From a virus (taxonomy: Duplodnaviria > Caudoviricetes): a DNA stretch of 39,321 nt. The stretch is from IMG/VR virus record IMGVR_UViG_3300017540_000268, positions 1 through 39,321 of that record; one strand, written 5' to 3'. Positions within the stretch are counted from its first letter, which is position 1, and every line of letters begins with the position of its first letter. Positions 24,407 through 34,069 of the stretch are shown here, piece by piece. The notes beneath the pieces were generated by a model, which was not told the origin of the DNA, ran no database searches, and worked only from the letters and a program-made list of their open reading frames with translations. The translations under genes were made by a program, and so were the position numbers.

Positions 24407-25648
24407 TCACTTCCCCTTGAGAATCATGTCCATGGGCTTCATGGCGCCCTGCATCCACAGCAGATCGGCAGCGCCGCCCTCGCGCTCGATATTGAGCTTG
24501 TCGCGCGCCTCGTCCGGCTTCATGACGCCCATCGTCACCATCGCGCGGATGAATTCCGCCTTCGCCTTGCTGTCCATCTGGAGCATGGCCTCGCGGTTGA
24601 ACTCGGCGTAGGTGTCGCGCTGCTCGCGCAGCGGGATCAGCTGCTTGCGAATCCGCTGTTCGACCTTCTTCAGCACCGGGTTGATGCCGAGCTGCATCCA
24701 GGACAGGAAGATATGCTCGACCCCGGTCCCCCACATGGTCTGCCCCGCGGCCGAATGACCGATGACGATGGGGGGAACCCCGAACCAGCGGCAAACCTCC
24801 TCGATCGAGAAGCGCCGCGTCTCCAGCATCTGGGCATCGTCCGGGTTCAGCGTCAGCTGCTCGAACTCCATCCCCGCCTCGAGGATCATCAGCTTGCCGG
24901 CCTTGGTCGAGCCGGCGTATTCGCTCATCATCGCCTGCAACTGCGGGCGCTGTTCGGGCGAGATGCGCTGGTTGGTCTTCAGCACACCCGAGGCCTGCAT
25001 GCCTGAGCCGAACATCTTGGCCGATGCCTCGTCGGCCGCCATGGCAGCGCCAAGCGATTGCGTGCCCCAGCGGATCGGCGACATGCCCTCATCTCCGCCG
25101 AAGCCCCAGCCCCGCAGATGGAACATGTCTTCGCGGCCGATGACGCGCGGGCGCGACGTGCCGGGCTCGCGCACCTCGTAGAACAACTCGCCGCTCACCT
25201 TGTTGCGGAACGGCCGGACATGGGTGGCGGGCAGCGGCATCAGCGAGGATGGCCGGCCGTTGACCCGGTCGATCTCGGCATAAGCGTTGCCGGTGGCCAG
25301 CATCCAGGAGAACATGCCCTCCCAGAACTCGACCGGCGTCTGGTCGGCATTCGGCGACAGGCTGATCAGGTCGGCCAGCGCCCCGTCCTGCCGCTGCCGC
25401 CCACCAGCGGTCTTGCGATAAAGGTCCAGCGGCAGCGAGGCCATCGCCTGGGCGCTGCGAACGATGCAGGCCCAAACCGCCGAGATGGTCAGCGCGGCCG
25501 ACAGCGTCACCACCTTGCCCGAGGCATTGCTGGCGACGTAATAGCCGAGGTCGCCGCCTTGCAGGGTGAGGCGCTGTTCCTTGGTCAGATCGGACAGCGC
25601 CGCCATCGGCCTGCCGAAGCGATCGACGATGCCCCGCGGCAGGTCCAT
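24407..25648 (-). CDS. Portal protein, HK97 family
   Basis: AVWACI, GNAYAEI, MFHLRG, DAQMLETR, RWFGVPP. Confidence 0.95.
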   Translation of the reverse strand: MDLPRGIVDRFGRPMAALSDLTKEQRLTLQGGDLGYYVASNASGKVVTLSAALTISAVWACIVRSAQAMASLPLDLYRKTAGGRQRQDGALADLISLSPNADQTPVEFWEGMFSWMLATGNAYAEIDRVNGRPSSLMPLPATHVRPFRNKVSGELFYEVREPGTSRPRVIGREDMFHLRGWGFGGDEGMSPIRWGTQSLGAAMAADEASAKMFGSGMQASGVLKTNQRISPEQRPQLQAMMSEYAGSTKAGKLMILEAGMEFEQLTLNPDDAQMLETRRFSIEEVCRWFGVPPIVIGHSAAGQTMWGTGVEHIFLSWMQLGINPVLKKVEQRIRKQLIPLREQRDTYAEFNREAMLQMDSKAKAEFIRAMVTMGVMKPDEARDKLNIEREGGAADLLWMQGAMKPMDMILKGK

Positions 25649-25649
25649 C

Positions 25650-27356
25650 TCAGATCACCATGATGGGGTTGGCCAGGAAGTCGCCGATCGGCGGTGCGGC
25701 CTGCGGGTTGTTGAACATCAGCATCGCCGCATCGAACGCCGCCATCAGGGGATCGATCTTGGCGGCGCCGGAAGCTTGCTTCGTCACCATGTAGTTGCTC
25801 CCCTTGAGTTCCTGTTTGGCGTTGCCGACCGCCCAGTTCATGATCGGCTGGTCGGCGTGCAGCATGCGCCGCGACTCCAGCTTCAGCGGCACCGTCGAAA
25901 TCGCGGTCTGGAGCTTCCAGCCCTGCTGCACTGCCTGCACCAGGGGCGAGACCATGCCCATCTCCTCCAACGCATCGAGCAGAAGCGCGATCCCCGCCGC
26001 GTCGAGGCCGATGCCGCCGGCCTCCGGCAGCCGCCCGGCCAACCGCACCCGGTCGCAGATCTCGGCAGCCTCTGCGGCCTGCAACTCGGGCGAGGACACG
26101 ACGCGCAGGTCGCCGTCTTCCTCAAACCCGCGCAACGCGTCGGCGATCTGCGGCCTGGACTTGAACACCGTTTCGCGCGCCCAGGCGCGAACCCAGAGCA
26201 GCCAGACCTTGTCCCGCGCCCGCCTGCCCAGCACAGCGAGCGCCGCGAGGTCGTCGGCGCCGCCCCAGTCCACGCCGATGGTGCAGACCTCGCTTTCGTC
26301 CAGCAGCCGGTCGAGGGTGATCCAACCTGCTGCGGCCGGTTCCCAATGCACCGCGCCAGACCAGGCATCGCCGCCGAGGCCAACGCCGATCTCGATGTTG
26401 AGATGCTGGCTGGCCCAGATCTGCTCGGCCTCCTTCGAGACCTTGCCGTTGTTCTCGTAATCGTCCTCGAGCGCCTGTTCGTCAATCGACAGGCCGAGAT
26501 TCGGCAGGACCAGATGCCAGTTGTCCCGGTCGCGCCAGTATTTCTCCTTGCGCTGGAGTCCCTCGGGGAACTCGTAGAGCACCGGCAGCATGATCGGCGA
26601 TGGGCCGGCCTTGCCGTCCCGGATCGCCCGTGCCTTCTTCAGTTCCGACTTCCAGATCCCCGTCGGCATCTCGTCCGACTGGGTGGTAATCATCAAGACC
26701 TTGCCGCGCACCTTGGTGATGCCGCCGCCGCGGATCTGCTGCATCACCTTCGCCGCCTTCGCCTTCTTGCCCAGCTCGTGCAGCTCGTCGATGATGGTGA
26801 GCACCGGTATTTCCCCAGTGACGATGGAGGTATCGAAGGTCTTCACCTCCAGCTTCGAGCCGGTCTTGCGCCGGGTCACCGTCTTCAGGTGCTCCTGGAC
26901 CTTGAAGATCAGCTTCAGCTTGTCGTCCAGGCTGATCATCCCCTGCGCCTGCTCGAAGCAACGCTCTGAGATATTCTGGCTCGGCCCCACCAGCAGCATC
27001 TGCCGGTTCGGCGCCTCCTCCATGTAGAGCGCCGTCAGGCCGAGCGCCGCCACATAGGTGGATTTCGAGTTCTTCTTCGGGACCATGCAGAGCAGTTCCC
27101 AGACCAGCTCGCGATGAGTCTCGGGATCCTCGCTGGCGAAGAACACCACCAGGATGGTCTTGAACCAGTCGCCGCAGGCCTCCGACATCGGCGGATTGCC
27201 CGGCACGTCCGGCAGCCGCAGCCGGTTGAAGAACGCCAGCACCCGTGCCGCCTTCGCTTCGTTGACCGGCACATCGGCGATCGGGACCTCGCCGGCCTGA
27301 AGCTTTTCCCACCAATCCGGGCAAGCGAAGCGCGGCAGCGCCTCAATGGCGGACAT
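25650..27356 (-). CDS. terL: Terminase large subunit
   Basis: VPKKNSKST Walker A, IIDELH Walker B, ITTQS, GVDWG and KIDPLMA nuclease motifs. Confidence 0.95.
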   Translation of the reverse strand: MSAIEALPRFACPDWWEKLQAGEVPIADVPVNEAKAARVLAFFNRLRLPDVPGNPPMSEACGDWFKTILVVFFASEDPETHRELVWELLCMVPKKNSKSTYVAALGLTALYMEEAPNRQMLLVGPSQNISERCFEQAQGMISLDDKLKLIFKVQEHLKTVTRRKTGSKLEVKTFDTSIVTGEIPVLTIIDELHELGKKAKAAKVMQQIRGGGITKVRGKVLMITTQSDEMPTGIWKSELKKARAIRDGKAGPSPIMLPVLYEFPEGLQRKEKYWRDRDNWHLVLPNLGLSIDEQALEDDYENNGKVSKEAEQIWASQHLNIEIGVGLGGDAWSGAVHWEPAAAGWITLDRLLDESEVCTIGVDWGGADDLAALAVLGRRARDKVWLLWVRAWARETVFKSRPQIADALRGFEEDGDLRVVSSPELQAAEAAEICDRVRLAGRLPEAGGIGLDAAGIALLLDALEEMGMVSPLVQAVQQGWKLQTAISTVPLKLESRRMLHADQPIMNWAVGNAKQELKGSNYMVTKQASGAAKIDPLMAAFDAAMLMFNNPQAAPPIGDFLANPIMVI

Positions 27357-27834
27357 TGCCCCCGCCGCCCTTGGTCTCCAGGTCCAGCTCTTTCATCAGC
27401 GCGGCGTCGGCATCGAGCGCCAACACCTCGTCGAGCACCTTCTTGCCCAGCTTTTCCTTGGGCTCGGGCTGATCCTTAGGCCGCGACGCATAGGCGCGTT
27501 CCGCCTCCATCTGGTCGAACCGATCCAGCAGCCGATCCACTTGGCGCATCGCGCCAACATTGCCGGACTGGGCGGCGGCAAGCGCCAACTCCAGCCGGCG
27601 CGCGTCGAGCATGTCGCGCGCCACCGGGCGAATCTTCAGCTCCTGAAAAAAATTCCGCCGAAAAGTCGGCAGCGACATGCGCAGCACGGCCGCGATCCGT
27701 TCATTGGACCAGCCGACCGCAAGCAACATCTTGACTTTATTGCGATCTTCCGGCGTCGCCACCTTGCGGGGACGGCCGGGCTTGCCGGACCCCGCTTCAA
27801 CGGGGTTTCCGAACAGGTCGAAAACCTCTTCCAT
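27343..27834 (-). CDS. terS: Terminase small subunit
   Basis: GRP plus HTH (SNERIAAVLRMSLPTFRRNF), GNVGAM, KLGKK; directly upstream of terL. Confidence 0.85.
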   Translation of the reverse strand: MEEVFDLFGNPVEAGSGKPGRPRKVATPEDRNKVKMLLAVGWSNERIAAVLRMSLPTFRRNFFQELKIRPVARDMLDARRLELALAAAQSGNVGAMRQVDRLLDRFDQMEAERAYASRPKDQPEPKEKLGKKVLDEVLALDADAALMKELDLETKGGGGNVRH

Positions 27835-27839
27835 CAGAA

Positions 27840-27980
27840 AAAAATCTCCAGATGAGGGGGGCGCGGGTCCGGGCCGGATTGGCCCCCTGACTTTCGACCC
27901 ACCCCCTCCTTTGGGGGTCCGAGGGGTCGATCTGCCCGATTTCGAGGCATTTTCGACCGGATCGGGCTGATTTCGAGGTC
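27840..27980 (-). other. Putative cos/packaging region
   Basis: Non-coding between HNH and terS; GGGGGTGGGTCGAAAGTC...CCGCGCCCCCCTCA...TTTTTTT; GATTTCGAGG direct repeats at 27938 and 27969. Confidence 0.55.
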
Positions 27981-28102
27981 GGCGCGGTGATCCGCGCGGT
28001 CACGCAGCGGTCGGGCCTCCGCATCCTTGGCACCTCGGCCCCGTCACCGCCGATCCGCACCACGGGCATGGCTTCGACGGTGCCTGCCCGTTGGCCGGCT
28101 GC

Positions 28103-28486
28103 CTAACCCCGACCGACATCGCCGTTGGTGGCGCTATGATTGGCGGCACCTGCGCGCTCCTCTGCCTGCTTGTCCCGATTGTGGCAGGTCGCGCAAAGGC
28201 ATTGCAGATTGCCCGGATCGAAGAACAGATCACGGTCGCCGCGATGCGGACGGATATGGTCGGCCACCAGTTCGCGGCTTTGACCAATGACGCCACAGCG
28301 GGCACAGGTGAACAGCGCAGACGCAAGGCAATCCCAACGGAGCCGCTGCCACTCTGCCGTCTTATACCACTTGCGCCATGGCACTATCTGGTCCCGGCGC
28401 TTGAGCCGATCCGGCCCGGCACCGATGGACGTTACGCGCGCCGACAACGAGCCAACGCGCGGTGCGAGTTGCTTGAGCCTGCCCAT
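28103..28486 (-). CDS. Terminase-associated HNH endonuclease
   Basis: WYKTAEWQRLR, CARC, VADHIRPHRGD, NLQCLCATCHN. Confidence 0.92.
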   Translation of the reverse strand: MGRLKQLAPRVGSLSARVTSIGAGPDRLKRRDQIVPWRKWYKTAEWQRLRWDCLASALFTCARCGVIGQSRELVADHIRPHRGDRDLFFDPGNLQCLCATCHNRDKQAEERAGAANHSATNGDVGRG

Positions 28487-28497
28487 CGATACCCCGG

Positions 28498-28536
28498 AAA
28501 TGACAACGCCCGCTCGGGACATGATCCCTGCGGGCG
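28498..28536 (-). terminator. tR'-like terminator at the start of the late operon
   Basis: CGCCCGC-A-GGGA-TCATG-TCCC-GA-GCGGGCG then TTGTCATTT. Confidence 0.55.
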
Positions 28537-28583
28537 CAATTCGTGATACTATGCAATTCTGTCTCACAGACGGACTTAAGCCG

Positions 28584-29366
28584 TCAAGAAGTTTTTTTGC
28601 CCCGATACCCGATCATGCGGTCCAGCGCGGCGCACAGAGCCTCTGTGATGGCTTTCCTGTGCGCCCCTTTGACCGCCCACCCATGGCTCACCAGCACATC
28701 GTCCAGCGTGCAGCCCTTGATGCAGACCATGTCCACCAGCACCCGATCCATAATCGGGCCGCGCTGCGTCGCGCCCCGATTGGACGGCCGGATGCGGCGC
28801 ATGGTCATTGATGCGCTGCAGCCGATCCGGTTGCGCAGGATCGTCAGCTCCTGGGCGATATCGAGATGCCGGTCCATCCAGCCCATGCTGTCGCCACCGC
28901 CACGCGACGCATCGAGCCGCGAGACCTTGGTGCCATCGGCCGCTGCCAGTTCGACCAGCGCCGCATAGCGGCGGCCCATCGCGATCTGGCCCGGCGTCAG
29001 GGGGCACGGCTTCTTGCGGCGCCGGGCCGAGGCGATCATCCGGTCGAACACGTCGGCGGCGCGGACACTGGCGCGATGCCCGTATCCTGTCGGCGCCGCC
29101 GCCCATTTCTCCAGGCCGCGATCATCGACGCCGTTCGGCACCATGGTCAGCTGACGTTCAACGACGAACGGGCCGCGCGCCGGGGCGGCAATCGTATCCG
29201 GGCCGCATTGGTCGGGGATCGCGCTGGCGTCCCGGATGGCGGCGAGCCGGGCGGCTTCCTCGGCTTTCCGGGCATCCCGAGCCTCCCTTGCGGCCATGAT
29301 CAGCGACTTCCCGGCTTCGGCCTTCTGCGCCGCTCTCAACATATTGTGGTCCCTCTTGCTCATCAT
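28584..29366 (-). CDS. Putative late-gene regulator (Q/antiterminator position)
   Basis: Last early gene before HNH/terminase; C-terminal HTH-like segment (TLDDVLVSHGW...LCAALDRM). Confidence 0.55.
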   Translation of the reverse strand: MMSKRDHNMLRAAQKAEAGKSLIMAAREARDARKAEEAARLAAIRDASAIPDQCGPDTIAAPARGPFVVERQLTMVPNGVDDRGLEKWAAAPTGYGHRASVRAADVFDRMIASARRRKKPCPLTPGQIAMGRRYAALVELAAADGTKVSRLDASRGGGDSMGWMDRHLDIAQELTILRNRIGCSASMTMRRIRPSNRGATQRGPIMDRVLVDMVCIKGCTLDDVLVSHGWAVKGAHRKAITEALCAALDRMIGYRGKKTS

Positions 29367-29396
29367 ACTGCCTATTGTTTCGGTCGCTGTTTCTTC

Positions 29397-29691
29397 AGGG
29401 AGGATAGGGAGGATCGGATTATCTTGAGGGATGATTGAGGGAGGTAATTTGGAGACGATTATCTTTAGATTACAAGCAGTTGATGCCGTCAGGGAGGATA
29501 GGGAGGCAAAACCGGGTCCACGCATATGGGGCCTTCATCACCCCATACCCCTTCCCTTCTCGCGCATACGCGTATGCGGGAATTTGCCTCCCTATCCTCC
29601 CTGACGCCCCGAACCCCTTGTAATGTCGCCAGAAAACCCGGGGAGGCAGACCCTCCCTTTCCTCCCTGTAGGGAGGCAAATTCCTCCCTCC
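29397..29691. repeat. Putative replication origin iterons
   Basis: AGGGAGGATAGGGAGG at 29397 and 29491; 24-bp perfect inverted repeat 29487-29510/29583-29606; 16-bp palindrome 29563-29578; further GGGAGG/CCTCCC copies. Confidence 0.75.
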
Positions 29692-29717
29692 TGCCTTCAT
29701 CGACAGGGGTGCGGGGA

Positions 29718-31556
29718 TCACAGGTTGCCATCTTGGCCTCCGCTGCGACCAGCGATGGGGCGGCCGTTCGCGTCGCGCGGCGCGGTCCTGAAGCGGTGCC
29801 CGAACTCCATCGAGAACCGGATGCCGTCATATCGCATGATGCCGTTGGACTTGCGCTCGGAGAACTTCTTGCCGGTGCTGGGACTGACCCAGCGGCGCAT
29901 CTTGTCCTTGATCTGGCGCTGGATCGTGCCCTGCTGCCAGACGTTACCACCTTGCTCGTCCTGCCAAAGCTGGAAAGCCAGCGCGAGGTCCTTCGCCGTC
30001 TCACTGTCCTCGGGCTGCCCCGAGACAACGCAACAGGTCTCAAGGAAGAAGCCGAGCGGGTCGCTTTCCTCGCGATATTCGTTGGTCGCGCTGAGGACGG
30101 CCTGCGGCTCCTGCAACCCGCCTTCCAGGTAGTCTATCAGCCCCTCGATCAGCCAGTTGAGGATGCCGGATCGCTCCTCCCATAGCTTGGCGCCGAGGTC
30201 TGGATCCCGTTCCTTTGGCGGAATGGTCACGTCAAAGGGCACGATCAGCAGCCTGCGCCAGATCCCGTCGTCCCGGCCGCGCACCTCGGGGCGATAGTTG
30301 CCCTGGATGGTGATCTTGAACTTGGGCGTGACCTCGATCTGTTCGCCAAAATTCGGCCGCACGTTGATCGGCTCGCCGCCAGTGAGCTGCTTGATAAGCC
30401 CCTCGCGCAGCTTCTCACCCTCCTCGGGCTCGGACGTTCGAACCATGCGGGCGAGCATCAGCGGCACCAGGTCCGGCGTCGCGGCCGAGCCGTCTTTCTT
30501 GGTCGAGCCAGTCAGGGTCTCGATCCGCGCCGTGGCGGCGTAATCGCCGAGCATGCGGGCGATCAGGTCCACCAGCACGGACTTGCCGTTGGCGCCGAGA
30601 CCGTAGAAGAAGACCAGCTTCTGCTCGCCGGTCAGCGCCGTCGTATTCAGGGCAAACCAGCGCTGCACGAATCTCCTGACCTCTGGATCGGGAAGGATGC
30701 GGGTGATGAACCTGTCGAAGATCGGCCGCTTTGCATCCGGATCGTATCGCACCGGCATCATCTTGGTGATCAGCTGATCCCGGGCATGCGGCACGAACTC
30801 CATGTCCGCCATGGGGCTCATGCCGCTTTCGGGATCGCCCGGAATGACCGAAAACCGCATAACGCCGTTCTCGCAGCAGACATCCAGCGGGGCGGCATTC
30901 AGCTGATCGAACGCCACCGCCAGGCCGACGCCGGCTTCCTTGATCAGCGCGTCGATCCGCGTCGTATTCCCCGAGGTCTTCGCCCAGCCGTGATGATCCT
31001 TGCGAACCGAGCCCATCACCTTCTCTATTCCGGCCAGCCGGGCGAGCTTGGGCGCCATGCTGTCCAGCTCCTGCTGCGCGGCCTTCGCCTCCTCGCCCTC
31101 GGCATTAATGAGCCGGCTAAGCTCGCGTTCACGGCGGCGCAGTTGCACGCCGTCCTCGAGGATCTGCATCTGCCAGTCCTCAAGCCGAAGGTGAGGAATT
31201 TCCCGCGATATCAGATCGCCCAGCATCTGGGCACGGCGTCGAACCTCTATGCCGTCCTCGTCCTTCTGCCAGCGCTGGCCGGTCCAGACGTGCCAGCCAT
31301 ATCGGGGCACATTGATCAACTCTTCCCGGTAGTGGCGGGCATAGCGCTGGCCGTTGCCGTGGTCGTTGAGCGGATATTGCGCGCAATCCGGGAACGGATC
31401 GTCGGGCTGGCCCTCGGAAGGGGTTCCAGGGGAATTGCTGTCGCCATCCCCGGCCGAGGCCTCCGGCTCCATCCCCTCGGGCAGATCGACCTCTTCGGCA
31501 TTGCTCATCACGGCCCGGACCTGCCCGAGCGCGTCATCATCACTGGTATCGGTCAT
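29718..31556 (-). CDS. P4-family/D5-like SF3 helicase (primase C-terminal type)
   Basis: NDHGNGQR, GLGANGKS Walker A, IKQLTGGE, DDGIWRR. Confidence 0.92.
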   Translation of the reverse strand: MTDTSDDDALGQVRAVMSNAEEVDLPEGMEPEASAGDGDSNSPGTPSEGQPDDPFPDCAQYPLNDHGNGQRYARHYREELINVPRYGWHVWTGQRWQKDEDGIEVRRRAQMLGDLISREIPHLRLEDWQMQILEDGVQLRRRERELSRLINAEGEEAKAAQQELDSMAPKLARLAGIEKVMGSVRKDHHGWAKTSGNTTRIDALIKEAGVGLAVAFDQLNAAPLDVCCENGVMRFSVIPGDPESGMSPMADMEFVPHARDQLITKMMPVRYDPDAKRPIFDRFITRILPDPEVRRFVQRWFALNTTALTGEQKLVFFYGLGANGKSVLVDLIARMLGDYAATARIETLTGSTKKDGSAATPDLVPLMLARMVRTSEPEEGEKLREGLIKQLTGGEPINVRPNFGEQIEVTPKFKITIQGNYRPEVRGRDDGIWRRLLIVPFDVTIPPKERDPDLGAKLWEERSGILNWLIEGLIDYLEGGLQEPQAVLSATNEYREESDPLGFFLETCCVVSGQPEDSETAKDLALAFQLWQDEQGGNVWQQGTIQRQIKDKMRRWVSPSTGKKFSERKSNGIMRYDGIRFSMEFGHRFRTAPRDANGRPIAGRSGGQDGNL

Positions 31557-31801
31557 TGCAGCCGCTCCGGATCGATCCGGGTGTCTCCCACCGCACGCAG
31601 CCGCTCGATCTTCGCCCGGATCAGGTCAAGGAACGGGTCGGTCTCGTCGCTGCAGCTGACCACGATTTCCGCAATGAGGTCCGAAAGTGCGATGAACAGG
31701 CCGCGCGTTTCGGAAATCGACAGATCGTCGAGGCCCTCGATACCGCGAAACATCACCTCGAATCGGTTTACGGCGTTCACAATCTCCTGCTCGTCACTCA
31801 T
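31553..31801 (-). CDS. Small acidic hypothetical protein between primase and helicase
   Basis: Overlaps both neighbours, consistent with translational coupling. Confidence 0.6.
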   Translation of the reverse strand: MSDEQEIVNAVNRFEVMFRGIEGLDDLSISETRGLFIALSDLIAEIVVSCSDETDPFLDLIRAKIERLRAVGDTRIDPERLQ

Positions 31802-32936
31802 CTCGCTGTCCCATCAGGATGTCGTTGAGATCGCGGCCGTCGCCCGCGTGGACGATGTAGCCCCGCAGGCCCGGCCTCTTGATCTTGGCGCGCCGCAGCC
31901 CCGCGAGGAGCTTGGCGCGCGTCAGTTTCGGATCGCTGTCCCCGTCCTGGACGAAGATCAGCGTCTTGACCCAGACCGGCGGCAGCCAGGCCTCGGAATC
32001 GTCCATGTCGGGCAGGCCGGCATATTTCAGGCCGGGGCCGCGCTGCATGCGCCCGGCCATGTTGCCCAGATCGACACCGCACCAATAGGCGCAGCGCCGG
32101 GGCATGGCCTCCGCGATCAGGGCGGAAAGGGTCGTCTCGACCCCCTCGGCCATGATCATGGTGTCGCAGTCCTGCGGCGTCAGGAATCGGATGACGGCGC
32201 CCTTTTTCGAGCCCAGCACCTTCTTGCTGGGCAGCGTCTCGCCCGACTTGCGCGGATCGGGCAGCTCCAGCTTGCCCTTGGGCTGATCAAGATCGAGCCA
32301 GGTGCGATGCACTGCGGTGACCCGGTTGCCGGCATCGACAACGGCCGCGACCATGGCCGGGCCGACATGCACGGTCTGCCATTCCTGCGCCTTGCCCTCG
32401 ACCGGGATCATGTAACGCGCCGCGGGATCGAAGCGCAGAACCTGCGGCAGGTCAGGATAGAGCCCGGGATCAATGCCGCGCAGGGTCAGATAGTCGCGCA
32501 CCAGCGTGCCCTCGGCCGGTCGGGCGGCGAACCAGATATCCCGCGCAGCCCGGATGGATTTCTCACGGGCGCGGCGGGCGACATCATCCTGCTTGCGCCG
32601 ATTCGCCTCGGCCTTGCGGCGCCGCTCGGCGCGCTCGGCATCGGAGAGGCCTTGCGCCGGGCCGCACAGCCATTCCAGCGCCGCGCGGAAATCCATCCCG
32701 AGCGCATGCTGGACCAGCGCGATCTGATCGCCCTTGGCGTGCGGGCCGCACTCCTTGCGGCACTGGAACAGCCCGGTCTGCAGATTGACCCCGAAGCGGT
32801 CCCGGCCGCCGCATTGCGGACACGGCCCGACCAGCTCGCCGCCTGTGCGGACCAGGCCGGATAGCTCCAGCCGCGCCACCACGTCGGCGATGGGCATGGC
32901 CTTGGCTTCCTCGAGGCGGTGATCTTCGCGCATCAT
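31794..32936 (-). CDS. DNA primase: Zn-finger plus Toprim domain
   Basis: GPCPQCGGRDRF...CRKEC; YLTLRGI; AVHRTWL; AEGVETTLS; QDGD. Confidence 0.87.
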   Translation of the reverse strand: MMREDHRLEEAKAMPIADVVARLELSGLVRTGGELVGPCPQCGGRDRFGVNLQTGLFQCRKECGPHAKGDQIALVQHALGMDFRAALEWLCGPAQGLSDAERAERRRKAEANRRKQDDVARRAREKSIRAARDIWFAARPAEGTLVRDYLTLRGIDPGLYPDLPQVLRFDPAARYMIPVEGKAQEWQTVHVGPAMVAAVVDAGNRVTAVHRTWLDLDQPKGKLELPDPRKSGETLPSKKVLGSKKGAVIRFLTPQDCDTMIMAEGVETTLSALIAEAMPRRCAYWCGVDLGNMAGRMQRGPGLKYAGLPDMDDSEAWLPPVWVKTLIFVQDGDSDPKLTRAKLLAGLRRAKIKRPGLRGYIVHAGDGRDLNDILMGQRDE

Positions 32937-33130
32937 GGCTGGCCGGCCTCGGCAGCGTGATGCACGAGCCGCCGATATTTCGGCCGGGCCAGCACGTTGC
33001 GCGCCAGCCTTTTCAGGTCGTCATGGGTGGAGGGCGGCGTCAGCGCCAACAGATCGGCCAGGAAATCCCCGACCCCGTCGCGTGCGCCGGCGCGATAGGC
33101 ATTGCCATGGCGATCCCGATGCGGGCGCAT
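32933..33130 (-). CDS. Phage hypothetical protein
   Basis: RBS GGAGG; ATGA overlap with primase. Confidence 0.6.
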   Translation of the reverse strand: MRPHRDRHGNAYRAGARDGVGDFLADLLALTPPSTHDDLKRLARNVLARPKYRRLVHHAAEAGQP

Positions 33131-33131
33131 G

Positions 33132-33758
33132 TCACGACCTCCCGGCGCGCGGCCCAACGGCCGCACATACCGCATCCAGGCGCTTGGTCAGCGCCGATAT
33201 CCGGCCGAGCATCTCGCTGCGAACGCCTTCGAGGCCATCGGACAGCGCGCCTTCGATCGCCGCGACTTCGTTCCGGATCGCGTCCATTTCCTCGTTTCCG
33301 CCGGCGGGCCCGAACAGCTCCTCCCGTTTTTCAGCCACCCAGCCCGCACGGATGCCGTTTCCGAGCTCGGTGGCGAGGGCCGCATCCGTCTGGCCGCCGC
33401 GATACCGCTGCGCGGAGACATCATAAGCCTCCTCCAGCGCCATGATGATCAGACGCTTCTGCTCGCGCGACGCTTCTGGCGGCTCGCAGGCCTCGGCGCT
33501 TACTTTGGTCACGGTCACCTCCTGACCCTCCTGTTGTGCAAAGGCGCGGCGGTGAGCGGCGCAGCTGGGGCAATGCAGCTTCCCCTTCCGAACGTCCCAG
33601 CCTTGCCGGGTGAGTTTTTTGTGGATCTGGCCGGCATGCGGTTCGGAAACTCCGTTCGACCTCGTTTGATAGTCGCAGGTCACCACGTCCTCTCGCCCGC
33701 ACTCGTCGCAAATGACGCGCGCCCGGTTCGTGCCCTTTCCCTGGATGGCCTTGATCAT
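33132..33758 (-). CDS. Phage Zn-finger hypothetical protein
   Basis: CDEC...CPSC; YRGGQTDAALA...WVAEKREELFG. Confidence 0.75.
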   Translation of the reverse strand: MIKAIQGKGTNRARVICDECGREDVVTCDYQTRSNGVSEPHAGQIHKKLTRQGWDVRKGKLHCPSCAAHRRAFAQQEGQEVTVTKVSAEACEPPEASREQKRLIIMALEEAYDVSAQRYRGGQTDAALATELGNGIRAGWVAEKREELFGPAGGNEEMDAIRNEVAAIEGALSDGLEGVRSEMLGRISALTKRLDAVCAAVGPRAGRS

Positions 33759-34069
33759 TTCGCGCCCCGCGCGCGGTCCCAGGCCTCGGCCAGCCGGCGG
33801 CGGTCCCAGTCGTTCATCACCTTGCGCGCGCGATCATGCAGGCCGCCATAGCAGCCCGGCACCGAGACGCGGCAGGAAAGGAACTGATCGGCCGTCTGGA
33901 TCAGGCCCATCAACTGCGGGTTTTCCCGGGTGACGCCCGGCATCAGGTCACCCAGGATGCCGACCACCAGGTCGAGATCGCTGCGATCCGTGATCGGCGG
34001 CCGGGACAGCACGCCCAAGGCGTGGATCATCGCATGATCGGCAAGCGAGAGGCGCAACGGCTCAGCCAT
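33755..34069 (-). CDS. Phage hypothetical protein
   Basis: Overlapping start/stop with neighbours; RBS GGAGG. Confidence 0.65.
   Translation of the reverse strand: MAEPLRLSLADHAMIHALGVLSRPPITDRSDLDLVVGILGDLMPGVTRENPQLMGLIQTADQFLSCRVSVPGCYGGLHDRARKVMNDWDRRRLAEAWDRARGAK

Noticed and set aside
24405-24794. N-terminal extension of the prohead protease in the ORF track
   Set aside because: Overlaps the portal gene; RBS and family pattern favour the start at 24404
11951-27834. Gene transfer agent (RcGTA-like) cluster
   Set aside because: Linked repressor/cro, replication genes, HNH/cos region and lysis cassette indicate a true prophage
27808-27834. TerS N-terminal FDLFG as a beta-clamp-binding motif for the phage DnaN
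   Set aside because: Lacks the conserved Gln of QL[SD]LF and is too short to support a claim
29367-29721. Coding sequence in the origin region (extension of 28584-29525 and small ORFs)
   Set aside because: The PILP-type repeats are translations of DNA iterons; a start at 29366 is more plausible
30786-32864. Long + strand ORFs (also 9624-11099, 12833-14365, 25566-26969, 22646-23638)
   Set aside because: Antisense shadows of well-supported genes in high-GC DNA, with no recognisable motifs
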